Shown: piece after piece, positions 1 to 19,100 of the stretch
Numbering within the stretch: position 1 is the first letter of the stretch
Layout of the letters: every line of letters starts with the position of its first letter
NCBI GenBank assembly: GCA_012295275.1
Contig: CM022670.1
Coordinates: forward strand, 39,308,001 to 39,372,000
DNA: 64,000 nt
Direction of reading: 5' to 3'
Origin: Chrysomallon squamiferum
Taxonomy: Eukaryota; Animalia; Mollusca
Program-made: the position numbers and the translations under genes
Notes under the pieces: model-generated
Seen by the model: the letters and a program-made list of their open reading frames with translations, nothing else
The model's database searches: none
Told to the model about the DNA's origin: nothing

Positions 1-1212
1 CTCATATTATTTGCTTTAATATTTTTTGCGTAAACAGTTTATTTTTTTCATCATTTATTTTACAACAGTTACATTTTATAAATTATTAAGAGTATTTCAA
101 GGAAATAGTTTTATTATTATATCATTACTTTCTTTAAATATTATCGATAAGATCGCATGTTTAGATTTATCTTCCCTATATAATTCGAATCTGCTTACTA
201 TTCGTTCATTTGTTATGATCATTTGAATTACCTTTACAATTCTGGAACAAAATCCAGATGTATTAACAGAGCTGCTCATTATTTCGGTTTGTGTTAATCA
301 TGTTACGAAATACCGACTTCATATTTGGGCCAATAGGTTAGTTTTTAATCGTCTTACTGCTACACAGACAAATAATGATGTCTCATTATTTTAAATTTCT
401 CGAAGAACTCGGCATACTGTAATTATGTTATCCGCCAACTATGCATATCCAGATGACGGAAATAACCGAGGTTTGTAGACTCGACTCCACCATCACCCCT
501 ACCTAACTCGCATCCTACAAAACGTACAGTGGCGCTTTTCTAAACAATGAAGTTTTTACAGTCCCATGTCCGCGGATCCTAGGCAATTTAATGTGTAAAA
601 GAAAATAAACATAATCCGATGATTTAATTTCTAGAATATATATATATATATATATATAGGCATGGACGAAACCAGACTCTTTTTGAAATAAGGCAAACAC
701 ACTTAAAATATGGCCGTTTGAAGATCCCAGAAGGTCCGACTTGAAATAATAGAGATTTATATATTATATTTCTGAAATAAAATCTTTGTATTAAAGTATA
801 TATATATAAAATAAAAAAATAAAAATAAAAATCGTTAATTTGCCTCACTTGCCTTAATGTATGTATGTATGTATGTGCATAAATATGTCTGTTTCTATTT
901 ATTATTACTGACAATTCAGAGAGAAACAGAGAGAAGGTTCGTTCATTTTGGCCTCTTTTCTCACCTGTTTGGAACAGATGTTGATCGAACTTTCTGGAAC
1001 CATTCCACGTGATCTACAAATACGAGGTGAACGAACCGAATCGTATTGCAGAAACGGTTATCGTTCGGCGCGCCGCGAAAGCTTTACGGATATTACCGAT
1101 CTTATTGATCGTCTGTCGTTCGGGCGTTCAACGAACCAGATTTTATGTCGGACAACTAATATCCGTATTTTATCGCATTATAACAATAAATGCTGTTATT
1201 AACCAAATATCA

Positions 1213-1215
<3 letters not shown>

Positions 1216-1281
<66 letters not shown>
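1216..1281. repeat. (GT)n microsatellite
   Basis: Perfect dinucleotide run. Confidence 0.95.
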
Positions 1282-1282
<1 letters not shown>

Positions 1283-2580
1283 TGTTAGTCTGATTTATAA
1301 GAATAACAGGTATGCTTGAATATAGGATAGTGTTCAGCTTCTTTTCATAGTGACTTCTGAATTAAGAATACAAGTATCTGTTTACAACTATAAACATGTC
1401 TGTACGTATATATATATATAGCTGTATGCGTGTGTATGTATGTTTTTATGCATGTCCATGTGTGTTTCTGTGTGTATATATATATATATATGCGTGCGTG
1501 TGTACGTGTGTGTGTGTGTGTGGACATTTTGCACAGTTTAAATATGCGACAACTCACTGATTCAAAACGACAGTGTTGTATCAGACAGCGCTGTCTCAGA
1601 AATGAAATATACAGCAAGTTTTCCTGCTACATCATCCAGCCTTTAAACGGGAATCCATATTTTACTATTTACTAACATTTTGAGAATATAATACTCTACA
1701 ACCTTTTTATTATACAACGCCATGGACCCAAGTTCGACTTAAATACATTCAGCGAGTATCAGATATACAGGAAAGAGATAATGTGAACATGGGTGCGTAG
1801 AGGTAGGTTAAATATAAACAAGAATTTTTTTTATCGCGTCAGCGAAATACCTCTTATTACTTGACCGTGAGAAGAAACATGTGTATCCCACTATGAAGAA
1901 TGCATATACATTGTCTTTGGAAAATTTTGGTTTTCACCACTGGAAAAGAGTTCAAGAATTAGTTCTTGGGAATATAGTCATATGTCAGATAACTTACTAA
2001 TACTTTTCAGTATGTAACTCGGTATCAGCATTATTTTATTTTTAAATCTGCGTACGTATGTGTGTCTGTGTTTGTGTTAAAGGATGTTTGTATTTATGCG
2101 TGTGTATATTGTACGAGTACGTATTTATGTGTATGCATTATTGTATACATTAATTTTTATGTATGTATGTACGTATGTTTGCGTGCGTGCTTGTATCCGT
2201 ATAAAATATGAATATACATATATGATGTGCATATGTATACTGGTATGTGTGTGTATGTTTGTGTAGGTATATTTGTGTGTTTACATTCTCTACGCAGGTT
2301 TTTACGTCATTTGGCGACACACCAAAATGATCAGATAAATATTACACTGACGTCTTTGGGACCATTCCAAAAATGATCATGTGACTGAGGGGGAGAAATC
2401 ATTGTAAATATTTTCTGGTGTGCCATTTTTTTTTTTAAATATCTTTCAGTGCGTTAGTATTCTTTACATGAATGATGGGTGCTTTGTACACATACATATA
2501 TATAATTACTTGATGCTCTGGCATGTACTCCGAATTTCAGTTAACCGTAATGGTTAAGCATGTATATAGACTTTTGTGTG

Positions 2581-2584
<4 letters not shown>

Positions 2585-2641
<57 letters not shown>
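2585..2641. repeat. (TC)n microsatellite
   Basis: Perfect dinucleotide run. Confidence 0.95.
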
Positions 2642-2642
<1 letters not shown>

Positions 2643-5074
2643 GAATTACTTGAGACTGAGTAAAGGCGGCGAAATTTTAAAATTTACTAAATGACTAAAT
2701 AAATCGATTTTTATATACCATTTTTAAATGAACATCAGTGAAGTAGAAATAAAAAATATATGAATGAAAATAAAAACGAAAACGAAAATAAAAAGAAGAA
2801 AAAAGAGGAAACTAAAAACAGACACTCCAGTCTCAGAAGCAAATTTCTACTATATAAAAGAAATGAGTTAGAACATAAAAACATGATAAATGTAATAATA
2901 ATAACGATGATGATGATGACAATAAAAAAAAAAAAAAATAAGTTATAATAAAATAAAATAAAAACCTTTCTAAAAACAGGAATTATTATTATTATTATTA
3001 TTTTAATGTTGGCTTATATATGTTACACTCTTCTAACATTATTATTTTTGAAACGTTCTAATTTCGTTACGCAAAAAAAAAAAAAAAAAAAAATTTTCAC
3101 AAAATCATGATCTAAGGGAAATAACTACAATCCTGTTAACACATATTCGCTGCAAAAACGGCAACATTTTATCTAAATATGTTTTTTCCCCCATCCCAGA
3201 TAAAAAAAAATCAACAACCCCCAACAAAACAACCCACAAACAAACGACCCCCCACTAAGAAAAAAAAGAGAGAAAAAAAACAAAAAACAAAACAAAAACA
3301 AAACTGTCTGCTGAAAACCACCACCACCAGATCCAGACTTTGATACGAATTAAATAGTATACAGTCTGAATGGACGTCTAATAATTTAATATTTATTGAA
3401 AAGTCTCAACATATATACATACAGCTTTGATAACCAACAACATGGTGATATTTGTAGCTATTTATTTGCCTATACTACAAAATCATTAATTGCACTGATA
3501 AATAATAATTACTGATGTAGATCTTGTAGGTAAATAAATAACATATTAAAGGCCATATAAAATAATCTCAAACAAACAATAAAAAATAAAAATAATTATA
3601 AATAACATGTAATTTTATTGTATCACGCAATTAACAAAAGAAGGCATTTACTGCTGCATAAAAAATGGGAATATTCTTATGAATATATAATAAAGTTATA
3701 ACAAACTTTGATATTAAATTTTGTAAACATATAATGTTATATTAATGGTGAATAATTCAACAAAATGGGTTGTTTTGACAGTTAAACCAAAAAAACAATT
3801 TTTATTTTCAGCTATAAAGCTGACAATAAATTATTCTATAGCTACACTGAGGAAAAAGTAAAAAAAAAAAAGAACAATAAACATCATCTAGATTTATTCT
3901 AAAAATAACAACACTCCATATAAAAAAGCACTAAGGATTAATTAAACAAAAACAACAACAAATCCCACTAAAACAATGAGCTACAGAAACAATACAAAAC
4001 AAGAACATGTCACTCACTGACAAATATTAATTTTGTTCTTTTCACAGTTATCCTTGGATGGAAATATTTTTTTAAATATATTTATTTTTGTTTTGTTCAT
4101 TCAGAGGTAGACAATAAAAACCATTTGATATCAAGAGATCTGGATTAATATTACAATTAATACCACATTTCCAATACACAAGTGTACTGCATATTCTGTG
4201 TTGTTGTTTACTCCATTACTTCAGTTTCAGATTTGAAAATGAAACATTTTAATCCTTTCAGATAAATGATCACAGCCACTTATGATAGATATAACTAATT
4301 ATATGTAACATTTCAAAATACACAATACTATCTCCACAAATATTTTCTGTTGATGCATATTAGAGATCTCATTTTGTAAGTTAAAAAGAATATACAATAT
4401 TTATAAAGAAATATTATGTTAAAAAAGTGCATATTCAGTATAGTATGATTACAGTTTACAGAATATCACTCAAAAGCAAGAAAGATGGTAATAAGAATAT
4501 TTTTTTCTAAAATGTGTGATACTGAATGAAAATTCAGAAGTTGAAATGCTAACCAAACAAAGCTGATTTGAAGAATACCTAACATTTTTTTCAATTTTAA
4601 AAACATGTCTACTTTATATGAACTTATGGCTTTCAAGTGTTTAATAATTAATAAAGATAATTTATTAAAAACTAACTGTCAGTAAACAATAATTAAAACA
4701 AACACAAAAATGTCTGAGTAACTTAAGAAAAAGAAAAAAAAAAACAGAGATGAAATTACAATAAATGTGTTTCATAGATTAGTAATTTTTTGCTCTTGGT
4801 AGGTGTCTATACCCAAGAACTGGAGGACACTGATTAAAAAAAACTGAAACAAAACTATCTCTTTTATCGGTTATATCTGGGTTTGGTATTGTAAAGTAGA
4901 ACTAAAACAGAAAAAGCTGCCTTAAAAAGAAACTTTTTTGTCTTCTTGTACAGTCTGGGTGTAAACATATTCCCTGGATAATAATTTGGAGATAATCCTG
5001 CAGAAACATCTAAAGAGAAGCTGATTATTGATACTCTAACCCAAAAGCTGCCATCAGTGATGAATGTTTTTAAA

Positions 5075-11499
<6,425 letters not shown>

Positions 11500-12190
11500 T
11501 TTGAATTTAAGATAATTTTTTGGAAGACAACTAAAAATGTTATACGGACTTCAAAGTACAATACATGCAAAACATTAACCGAAATGATGATGGGCTTAAC
11601 AAATCGACCTTGACATTTGCTGACATTGAACAGTCGTAAATACTAATTTAAATTTACAGTTCTTGTTATTCTACAATTATTCATATTTTACATAATTTAT
11701 TATTCCGATTTATATATTTATAGAATGACTCTATACTAGTAACTCAAATGAAAATGGTTTACGACAATATAAAGTAAGCGGAACCGGTTTCGTTTTTATT
11801 ATTTCCTCTTTTGTCAGCTGATTTTGCATATGCCAACAGTAAACATTTATATATGTATTTTTAAAACTAATATTAGTTATAATAACTATTAAGAGAAGAA
11901 AAAAAGATCGAATGTTTAGTAGGAAAATATCGAAATGAAGATATGATCTGACCAAGGTATTAAATTATCATTTTAATAAACTTATAAAGTATCCCCGACA
12001 TCTTATCATGATCATCATAATTGCGATTTCATGTTATCTTATTAATGATTAGGACAATTTACGACTCGGTATTTCAGTGACATTGAGTTAGAGAGTGACT
12101 AAGCAGAATTCGTAAAGAAAACTAAAATATTATATTATCAATAAATAAAATAAAATATTGTAAAGAAAGTTGAAAAAGTACCGGTACGTA
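11500..12190. promoter_or_regulatory. Probable divergent promoter region shared by PGM and SLC38A9
   Basis: Head-to-head ATGs 1.19 kb apart; local CpG enrichment; GCGGAA overlapping AACCGGTT at 11778-11789; possible non-coding exon donor CCG|GTACGT near 12183. Confidence 0.6.
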
Positions 12191-12686
12191 TATTATTATA
12201 TACTTATATACTATATTATATAATTATACATTATATAGTATATAAAATCAAACTTTAATTTAAAGTTTAATGGTGATGTGAGCAAAATAATCCGCTGATC
12301 TTGTACAAATGTGTGTATGATGCAATATTAGTAGGATAACTACAAAAGGTGGATTTGGTGATTTAAGAATATTTAATAAACGTTAATGATCTATACTGTA
12401 GTATATAATATATGCTTCTCTTAACTTCATCTATATCTCATCAGCATTTCCTAAATTCGTTCTCAGACGTTTTGCAGAGGACTGCTGCTTTATAATCTGA
12501 TCAAATAAAACTAAAAAACACTATTGATAATAGACAAGTTGATATATCATGACATAAGCAATGATCACCGATAGTTGTAATGCAGTTATTAGTTTGCTGC
12601 ACTTTATTTCTTAATTACTGTTTAACTGTTCTTGTTTCAGGTATCTTTTTTTTTAAATTCAGTATGGTATAGTATTTTACATAATT

Positions 12687-12724
12687 ATGGACAACTCCAG
12701 CACTGATAGAAACAAATCAAAAGA
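12687..12724 (+). CDS. SLC38A9: SLC38A9 first coding exon (MDNSSTDRNKSK)
   Basis: ATG downstream of acceptor at 12640; donor GTAAGT; phase matches next exon. Confidence 0.7.
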
Positions 12725-13134
12725 GTAAGTATTCTTTTTCCAAAAATAACTCAATATTTATTCATAATTGAACATGCATAATATAACTGTCAGAATATTA
12801 ATTTTGATAAATGAATACTTTTTTCTTGCTATGTTCAACTGATAATTAAAATTTATTTATTCATAATTGAACTTCTTTTTCTTTTTTCCTTTTCTGGTAT
12901 TTATTTATTTTAGACGATCAAAAGCAAAGAAGAAGAATGCTTCTGAAACACAAGAAAGAGAAACAAAGATAAGGTAATTCTGGAACTAATAAAAACATAT
13001 TTCTGCAAAAAAAGGCATTTTAATTTAAATACATATGCTCAAGTTTTAGTTCACTTTTTACGATAACTGAGAAATTATCAAAATAGACATTATTATTATT
13101 ATTGTTATTATTATTGTTTTTATTGTTGTTATTA

Positions 13135-13165
<31 letters not shown>

Positions 13166-16100
13166 TTTATTTACTTTATATTTTTTTTCAATTATTGAAT
13201 TATATCAGTTATTTGTTTTTAGTTTACAAAATGAAAATGATTTCAAATATACATTGTTTTAAAACTCACTGTATTTTTTTTGTTTGGACATTTTCAGACG
13301 TCCTATTCATCACTATAATATTAATGAGAACTTGAGATCGAGTGATAGCTACAGTGATGAAACAGACAATGAAACTCAAGCTCTCCTGCATCGATACAAA
13401 TACTACACACGTCTGACTCCACATTCTAATGGAATCCTGGTGCATTTTTTAATTTTTTTTTTTTTTTTCTTTCTGAAAAGACTGAAACTTTATAAACTAA
13501 TTAAAATTCAGATATTTTAAGATGACTTCCTCATTTATTTCTTCAATTAAATCTTATATAATTCTCCGACATTTCGATTCATAAAACTTTTGTGCTTTGA
13601 CAGTTTAGATCTTATTGAATGTTTTTGCCATTTAACTAAATTTCGTATATGTTCTGCAAGAATTATGTTTCATGGCAGAATGTAGTGTACTTGTTATTTG
13701 GAATATATTAAAAAAAAAAAAAAAAAAATATACTTTATTTAAATTTTTTATTAAAATATGTTTTTATTTTTGTCACTGACAAATTTAAGTAATAAATTTG
13801 GATTAAAGTTGATAAAAAAACTATAATTAAAATCAACGTCTGAATTAGTTTGATAGTTATGTTTCTAAATAGCAGTGAATTTTCAGGTTTCAGTAGAAAC
13901 ATAATGTTAAATTTATTTTGTAGCAGATGCCAGACCATGTTGTTCCAGCAAACTACCTCATTCGCATTCTAGTACCTCTGAAAGGAAAACAGAACAGTAT
14001 AGTTACCATGTAAGTATTTTCTCATTTATTTTTATTGGTTTGCTTATTACAACATGTATACATGTATAGTATCATCTACAAATAAGCAGATATGTTATAA
14101 TAATTTATTGAAGAATTTTATCTTTACCCTGAATTTGAATTTTATGTTTTTATTATTTTTTATTGAAAAATATTTTCTTATAAAATTTTATTTCTCCCTA
14201 AATTTGTACTTTTTAAAAGTACAGTAATTTTAAGATTTTATTTTAAAAAAAGTTATAAATAGGTTAACTCTATACAGCATTTTATTATAATTGTTATTTA
14301 AAAAATATCTTGAATTGCAAGCAGTTTTAAGTTTTATTTGCCTTTCTTACAGATTTGCTCTTTGGAATACAATGATGGGAACATCTTTGTTGTCAATGCC
14401 ATGGGCAATAAAACAGGTAAAGAAATATTTTTTGTATTAAAGTCTTATAAACAATTTTTATACTTGAAATTATTGAAAGAATATTGTTTTATGTAATATG
14501 TTGTGTGTATATATATATATATGTGTGTGTGTGTTTGCCTGTTTGTAAAATGATTGAAATAAATATCGTAATCCATAATCTTAGTTTAAACATTTGTGAA
14601 AAGTTCTACATTGACTGAGAATATTCTTCATGTTATTTAATTTAATTTTTAAGGCTGGGTTTGCTTGTGGGATCTCTATGCTTATTGGTATGGCTGGTTT
14701 GATGTTGTATACCAGCTACAGGATTCTAAAATCAGTTGATGGAATAGGTAAGATGTAACATACTTTAATTACATTTACTTATATGTTAGAGGTAGTAAAG
14801 GAAATTATGACATTCACTCTGACAAAGTTGTAACATAATCTAACAAATAATAACTCCAATTCTTTGGTACTTTTGAAAATTTTGATTTTAATTAAAATTA
14901 AACTTTTTAAATTTTCTTAAAATACATATAAAAATTTTCTTTCACTTTTTTAAAATATAATTTTGCCTTTGTATTTTTTTGGTTTTCTTAAAATCTTATG
15001 TATCTTAATATAGTTAAATGTGATTAAAACTGTATACATTTTTTTTTTTTAAAGTATCATTTAAACATTCTGTTTTCATTTTATTAAAACAATAATTTAA
15101 TCCGAATAACCTGTATTTATTTCAATTTCCAGAAACAAAGGAAGGTCAGGTTTTAGAGTTCTCTGACGTCTGCCGACACTATTTTGGGAAGTGGTCTGAA
15201 GTGATTGCAATTATCTGCTCTTTGCTCACTCTTCTTGGTGGCGCACTTGTTTACTGGATTCTGATGTCCAACTTCCTGTTCCATGTAGTTACTTTCATTT
15301 ATTGTGAGTTTGTTACTTTTAATTTAGAATAATTAATTATAAACATTTCAGTACTGTATATGATATACTAGTTTGTAGAAATGAACAATAATATATCACT
15401 TTGTTATTATATTATTATTTTTTAATGGAATAATTTTGCTAGTGTTTAAATTCTGAAGTTAATTCTGTTACTGTAAATAATAAAATTTAATAAATAATAA
15501 TTAATTATTAAAAGTAATATTATATTATATTATATATTTATTTTTTTTGTGGAATAATTTAGTTTGAAGTAAAATTAGGTGTGTTTGTTTTGTATTACAG
15601 ACAAAGTGCATCCAACACGAGATTCCACACCACTTATGAATTCTTCTGATTTTTCTGGTCAGTATCATGGTTAAAATGCTTCTTAAAAAGAAGCAGCTAA
15701 TTTTTTATATTTTGTATTTCTAAAAATTTAATTGTTTAGTATATAATGATATACATATGTATATATGTATATATATGTAGATACACAGTTACTACCTTTA
15801 TTATCTTTTGGCTTAATCTGACAAGGATTCCGTGAACCCTTTTTTGTTAAAATGTTGTCAAGTGATTTAACAATGCCACTTTATTCTTATGTTACTATCT
15901 TTTTTTATTTTTTTTCCAGCTGTTTGTCCAAAAATGATAGTACCTGACAACAATTCCACACATCACACCTTGTTTTCTGAGCTTTGGAATGAACAAATGA
16001 CAGTTCCATTTTATCTCATTCTTATTCTTTTACCACTGTGCAGTTTCAAGTCTCCAACATTTTTCACAAAGTTTAATGCTTTAGGTAATACATTCTTATT

Positions 16101-19100
16101 AGTAATCTAGTATGGATGAATTGTGCATTAAATTTTGGCATCAAATGTTTATGTAGATATAAGTAGTGTTATGATCTGAGTTTTATATTTGATTGGTGTA
16201 TTCTTGTAATGTGAAAATAAGAAGTGTAGTGCTAGTGTAGAAGGTTTTATGTTGATAAGGCCATTTGGAAAAATATTTTCTGAGCTGAATTTTGAAGAAT
16301 GTTATGGCAGATACAAACGGATGAGAATATGAGTGGTCTAGTTTGAGAAACAAAATCAGTTTGATCATGTAATGGTAGATTTTTATAAATCCATCAGTTT
16401 GATGATGATCTAAACGAAATGGCCAAATGCTGCACTAATAATTTATTCTGCTAAAGCCTGTTTATGATGTTTTCAAATTGTTATTTTCAGGAACACTGTC
16501 TGTGGCTTATCTAGTTTCCTTCGTCATAGTGAAAGCATCACATTGGGGAATAAACATTGATTTCAATGACAGCAGTAAACCTAGCTATTCAGCCCGTAAG
16601 TATCCTCATCATTTTTAAAAATTATTAATAATTAAGTCTTAGTTCTATTTTTGTTTTCAAAATACCTACCTCTTAATTTTCTTTAAATTATCTTTCTCAG
16701 CATAATTAATTTTTTCATAACCAGAAAAGAATGTGTTTTTGATCAGCAGTAGTTTAATGATTTTTTTTCAATAATTTTTATTTTTATTTAAATAAATTGA
16801 TACTTATATAATGATATACTTTTTTATTTGTTTATATAAATTATTGTTTTCCTGTAATAGTAGCATTAGGGTTACTTATATTTTATACCTAAGCACAATC
16901 CTGTTAATCAGTAAACATTTCTAGTTGAGATTTAATATTTTAGATTTTATTTTGAGTTTTCTTCAACCTTTTAAACCTTTTTTTTATAATAATGATGATG
17001 ATAATGATGATGAAAATAATTTTTTTTATTATTATTATAATTTTTAATCTTTCAAATAGTTTCATGTGAAATATTATTTTGAAACACAGTGTAATTATTT
17101 ATACAAAATACTATTTTGAAACTGTAATTATTTATATAACATGTTATTTTGAAACAATGTAATTACTTACATAAAATGTTATTTTGAAACAATGTAATTA
17201 TTTATATAAAATATTATTTTGAAACAAAGTAATTATTTATATAAAATTGTTATTTTGAAACATAACATAATTATTTATATAAATTATTATTTTGAAACAC
17301 AATGTAATTATTTATATAAATTGGTTACTTTGAAACTTAATGTAAGTATTTATATAAATTGGTTATTTTGAAACATAACGTAATTATTTATATAAATTGT
17401 TATTTTGAAACATAACATAATTATTTGTTCAGAGTTTGAGATGACTTTCCCAGCTATCACTGGAATAGCTGCCCTTGCTTACTTTATACAGAACTCAGTG
17501 ACATCCATCTGCAGAAACCAGAAACATCCTGAACACAACGTAAGTTAGCTGCTTTGACATTTTGACATTGAGGCACAAAACAACAGATCTGTTAGAAATT
17601 TATCAGAATTTGGATTACGATATAGTTTCTTTTTATATGTTATTGAAGCATAAATTTATAAAACTGGGATAAGAATATAAATTATTACGTTTTTGGAGTT
17701 TTCGATAAGATAATGAGAATCTGAATTCAACATTATAAGTATTATCTGATGCTTTTAACACACACTGTTGCATTAGCAGTTACTAGATACAAAATTGTGT
17801 TACGATAGTATATATCAAAAGAAATATTTTACTATGTTTAATGAATGACTTTTAATGATTAGCATCAAATAATCATTTAAAACTATCTTTGCCTATTTAA
17901 TTGCTCCTTGGTAAACCTAATTTCTGTAATACAGACAAAAAAACTCATTAATTTTATGAAAATAGTAATAATAACTTACAGAGATATACACTAATATATG
18001 TTATTTTAGTTACTTATTAACACGTTTAGTATGTGTGTTACAAAAATAATTATCAAAACTTAAATTTTTTTTTTTACATATTAGTTTATGTTACTTCATA
18101 TACATATTAAAAGTTTATTATGTGTGTTATAAAAAATAACATATACATATATTTATACATTTTAGTACCTGTTATTTCACACACACATTAACCATTTGTT
18201 ATTTGTGCTGTAGATATAAAAATAACATGTTAATACATATTAATATATGTTATTTATATAAACAAATGTATAAAAAGACATGTATGTTATCACTTTGTAT
18301 TATGACAAGGGAAGTCAGTTTTATGTCGTATTTTAACAGCAGCTGTTGTTTTCAGGTGCGTGACTTAACAATTGCATACATTCTTGTGGCTGCTACTTAC
18401 ATTTTTGTGGGAGCAGTTTTTTATGCTGCATTTCCATTGGACAAAAAATGTGTTCAAGATGTGAGTGTTCTTTGTTTTCCAAACTTTTTTAAACAGAAGA
18501 ATTGCCGTTCTCTACAGTTGTTGTTTTTTTTTTTAAATATATAATGTTTTGGATTCAGTTTTGTTCAGTATATTTCTTGTTGAATTTCAATTTTTATTTG
18601 GTTATCACTTTTACAAATGTTTTAGTATTAGTAAATATCTTCCTACAGGTTATTCTAGTTGCAGACATTAAATAATAAAGTTTTATGTAATGTTTTATAA
18701 AAAATTGCTTCAGATTTACTTTCTTTCATTTTTTTTTTTTTTTTTTTGATTTAGCGAAATTAAAAACGATTATAATTTCTTGATTTAATTATATATTTAT
18801 ATATATATATATTTTTTTATTTTTTTTCAGAATCTTCTAAACAACATTGCCACAACAGATGTTATGGCTTTTGTTGCAAGAATTGGTTTATTTTTCCAAA
18901 TGTCCTGTGTGTTTCCTTTATTGTTCTACATATTCCGAGTGCAGTTCTTGCATGCTTTATTTGGATCAATATGGCCAAGGTAGGGTTTTTTTTAATAAAT
19001 TTGTTATTAATTATTTACTTATTTAAACTTTTTAAAAACATCATTCTCTGAATGATGTGAAAAGTAAGCATCAAAACTCAGTGTCAGAAATAATTCAATA

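Noticed and set aside
948-1293. Plus-strand ORFs 948-1202 and 1009-1293
   Set aside because: Non-ATG starts, no recognisable family, and one runs into a (GT)n repeat.
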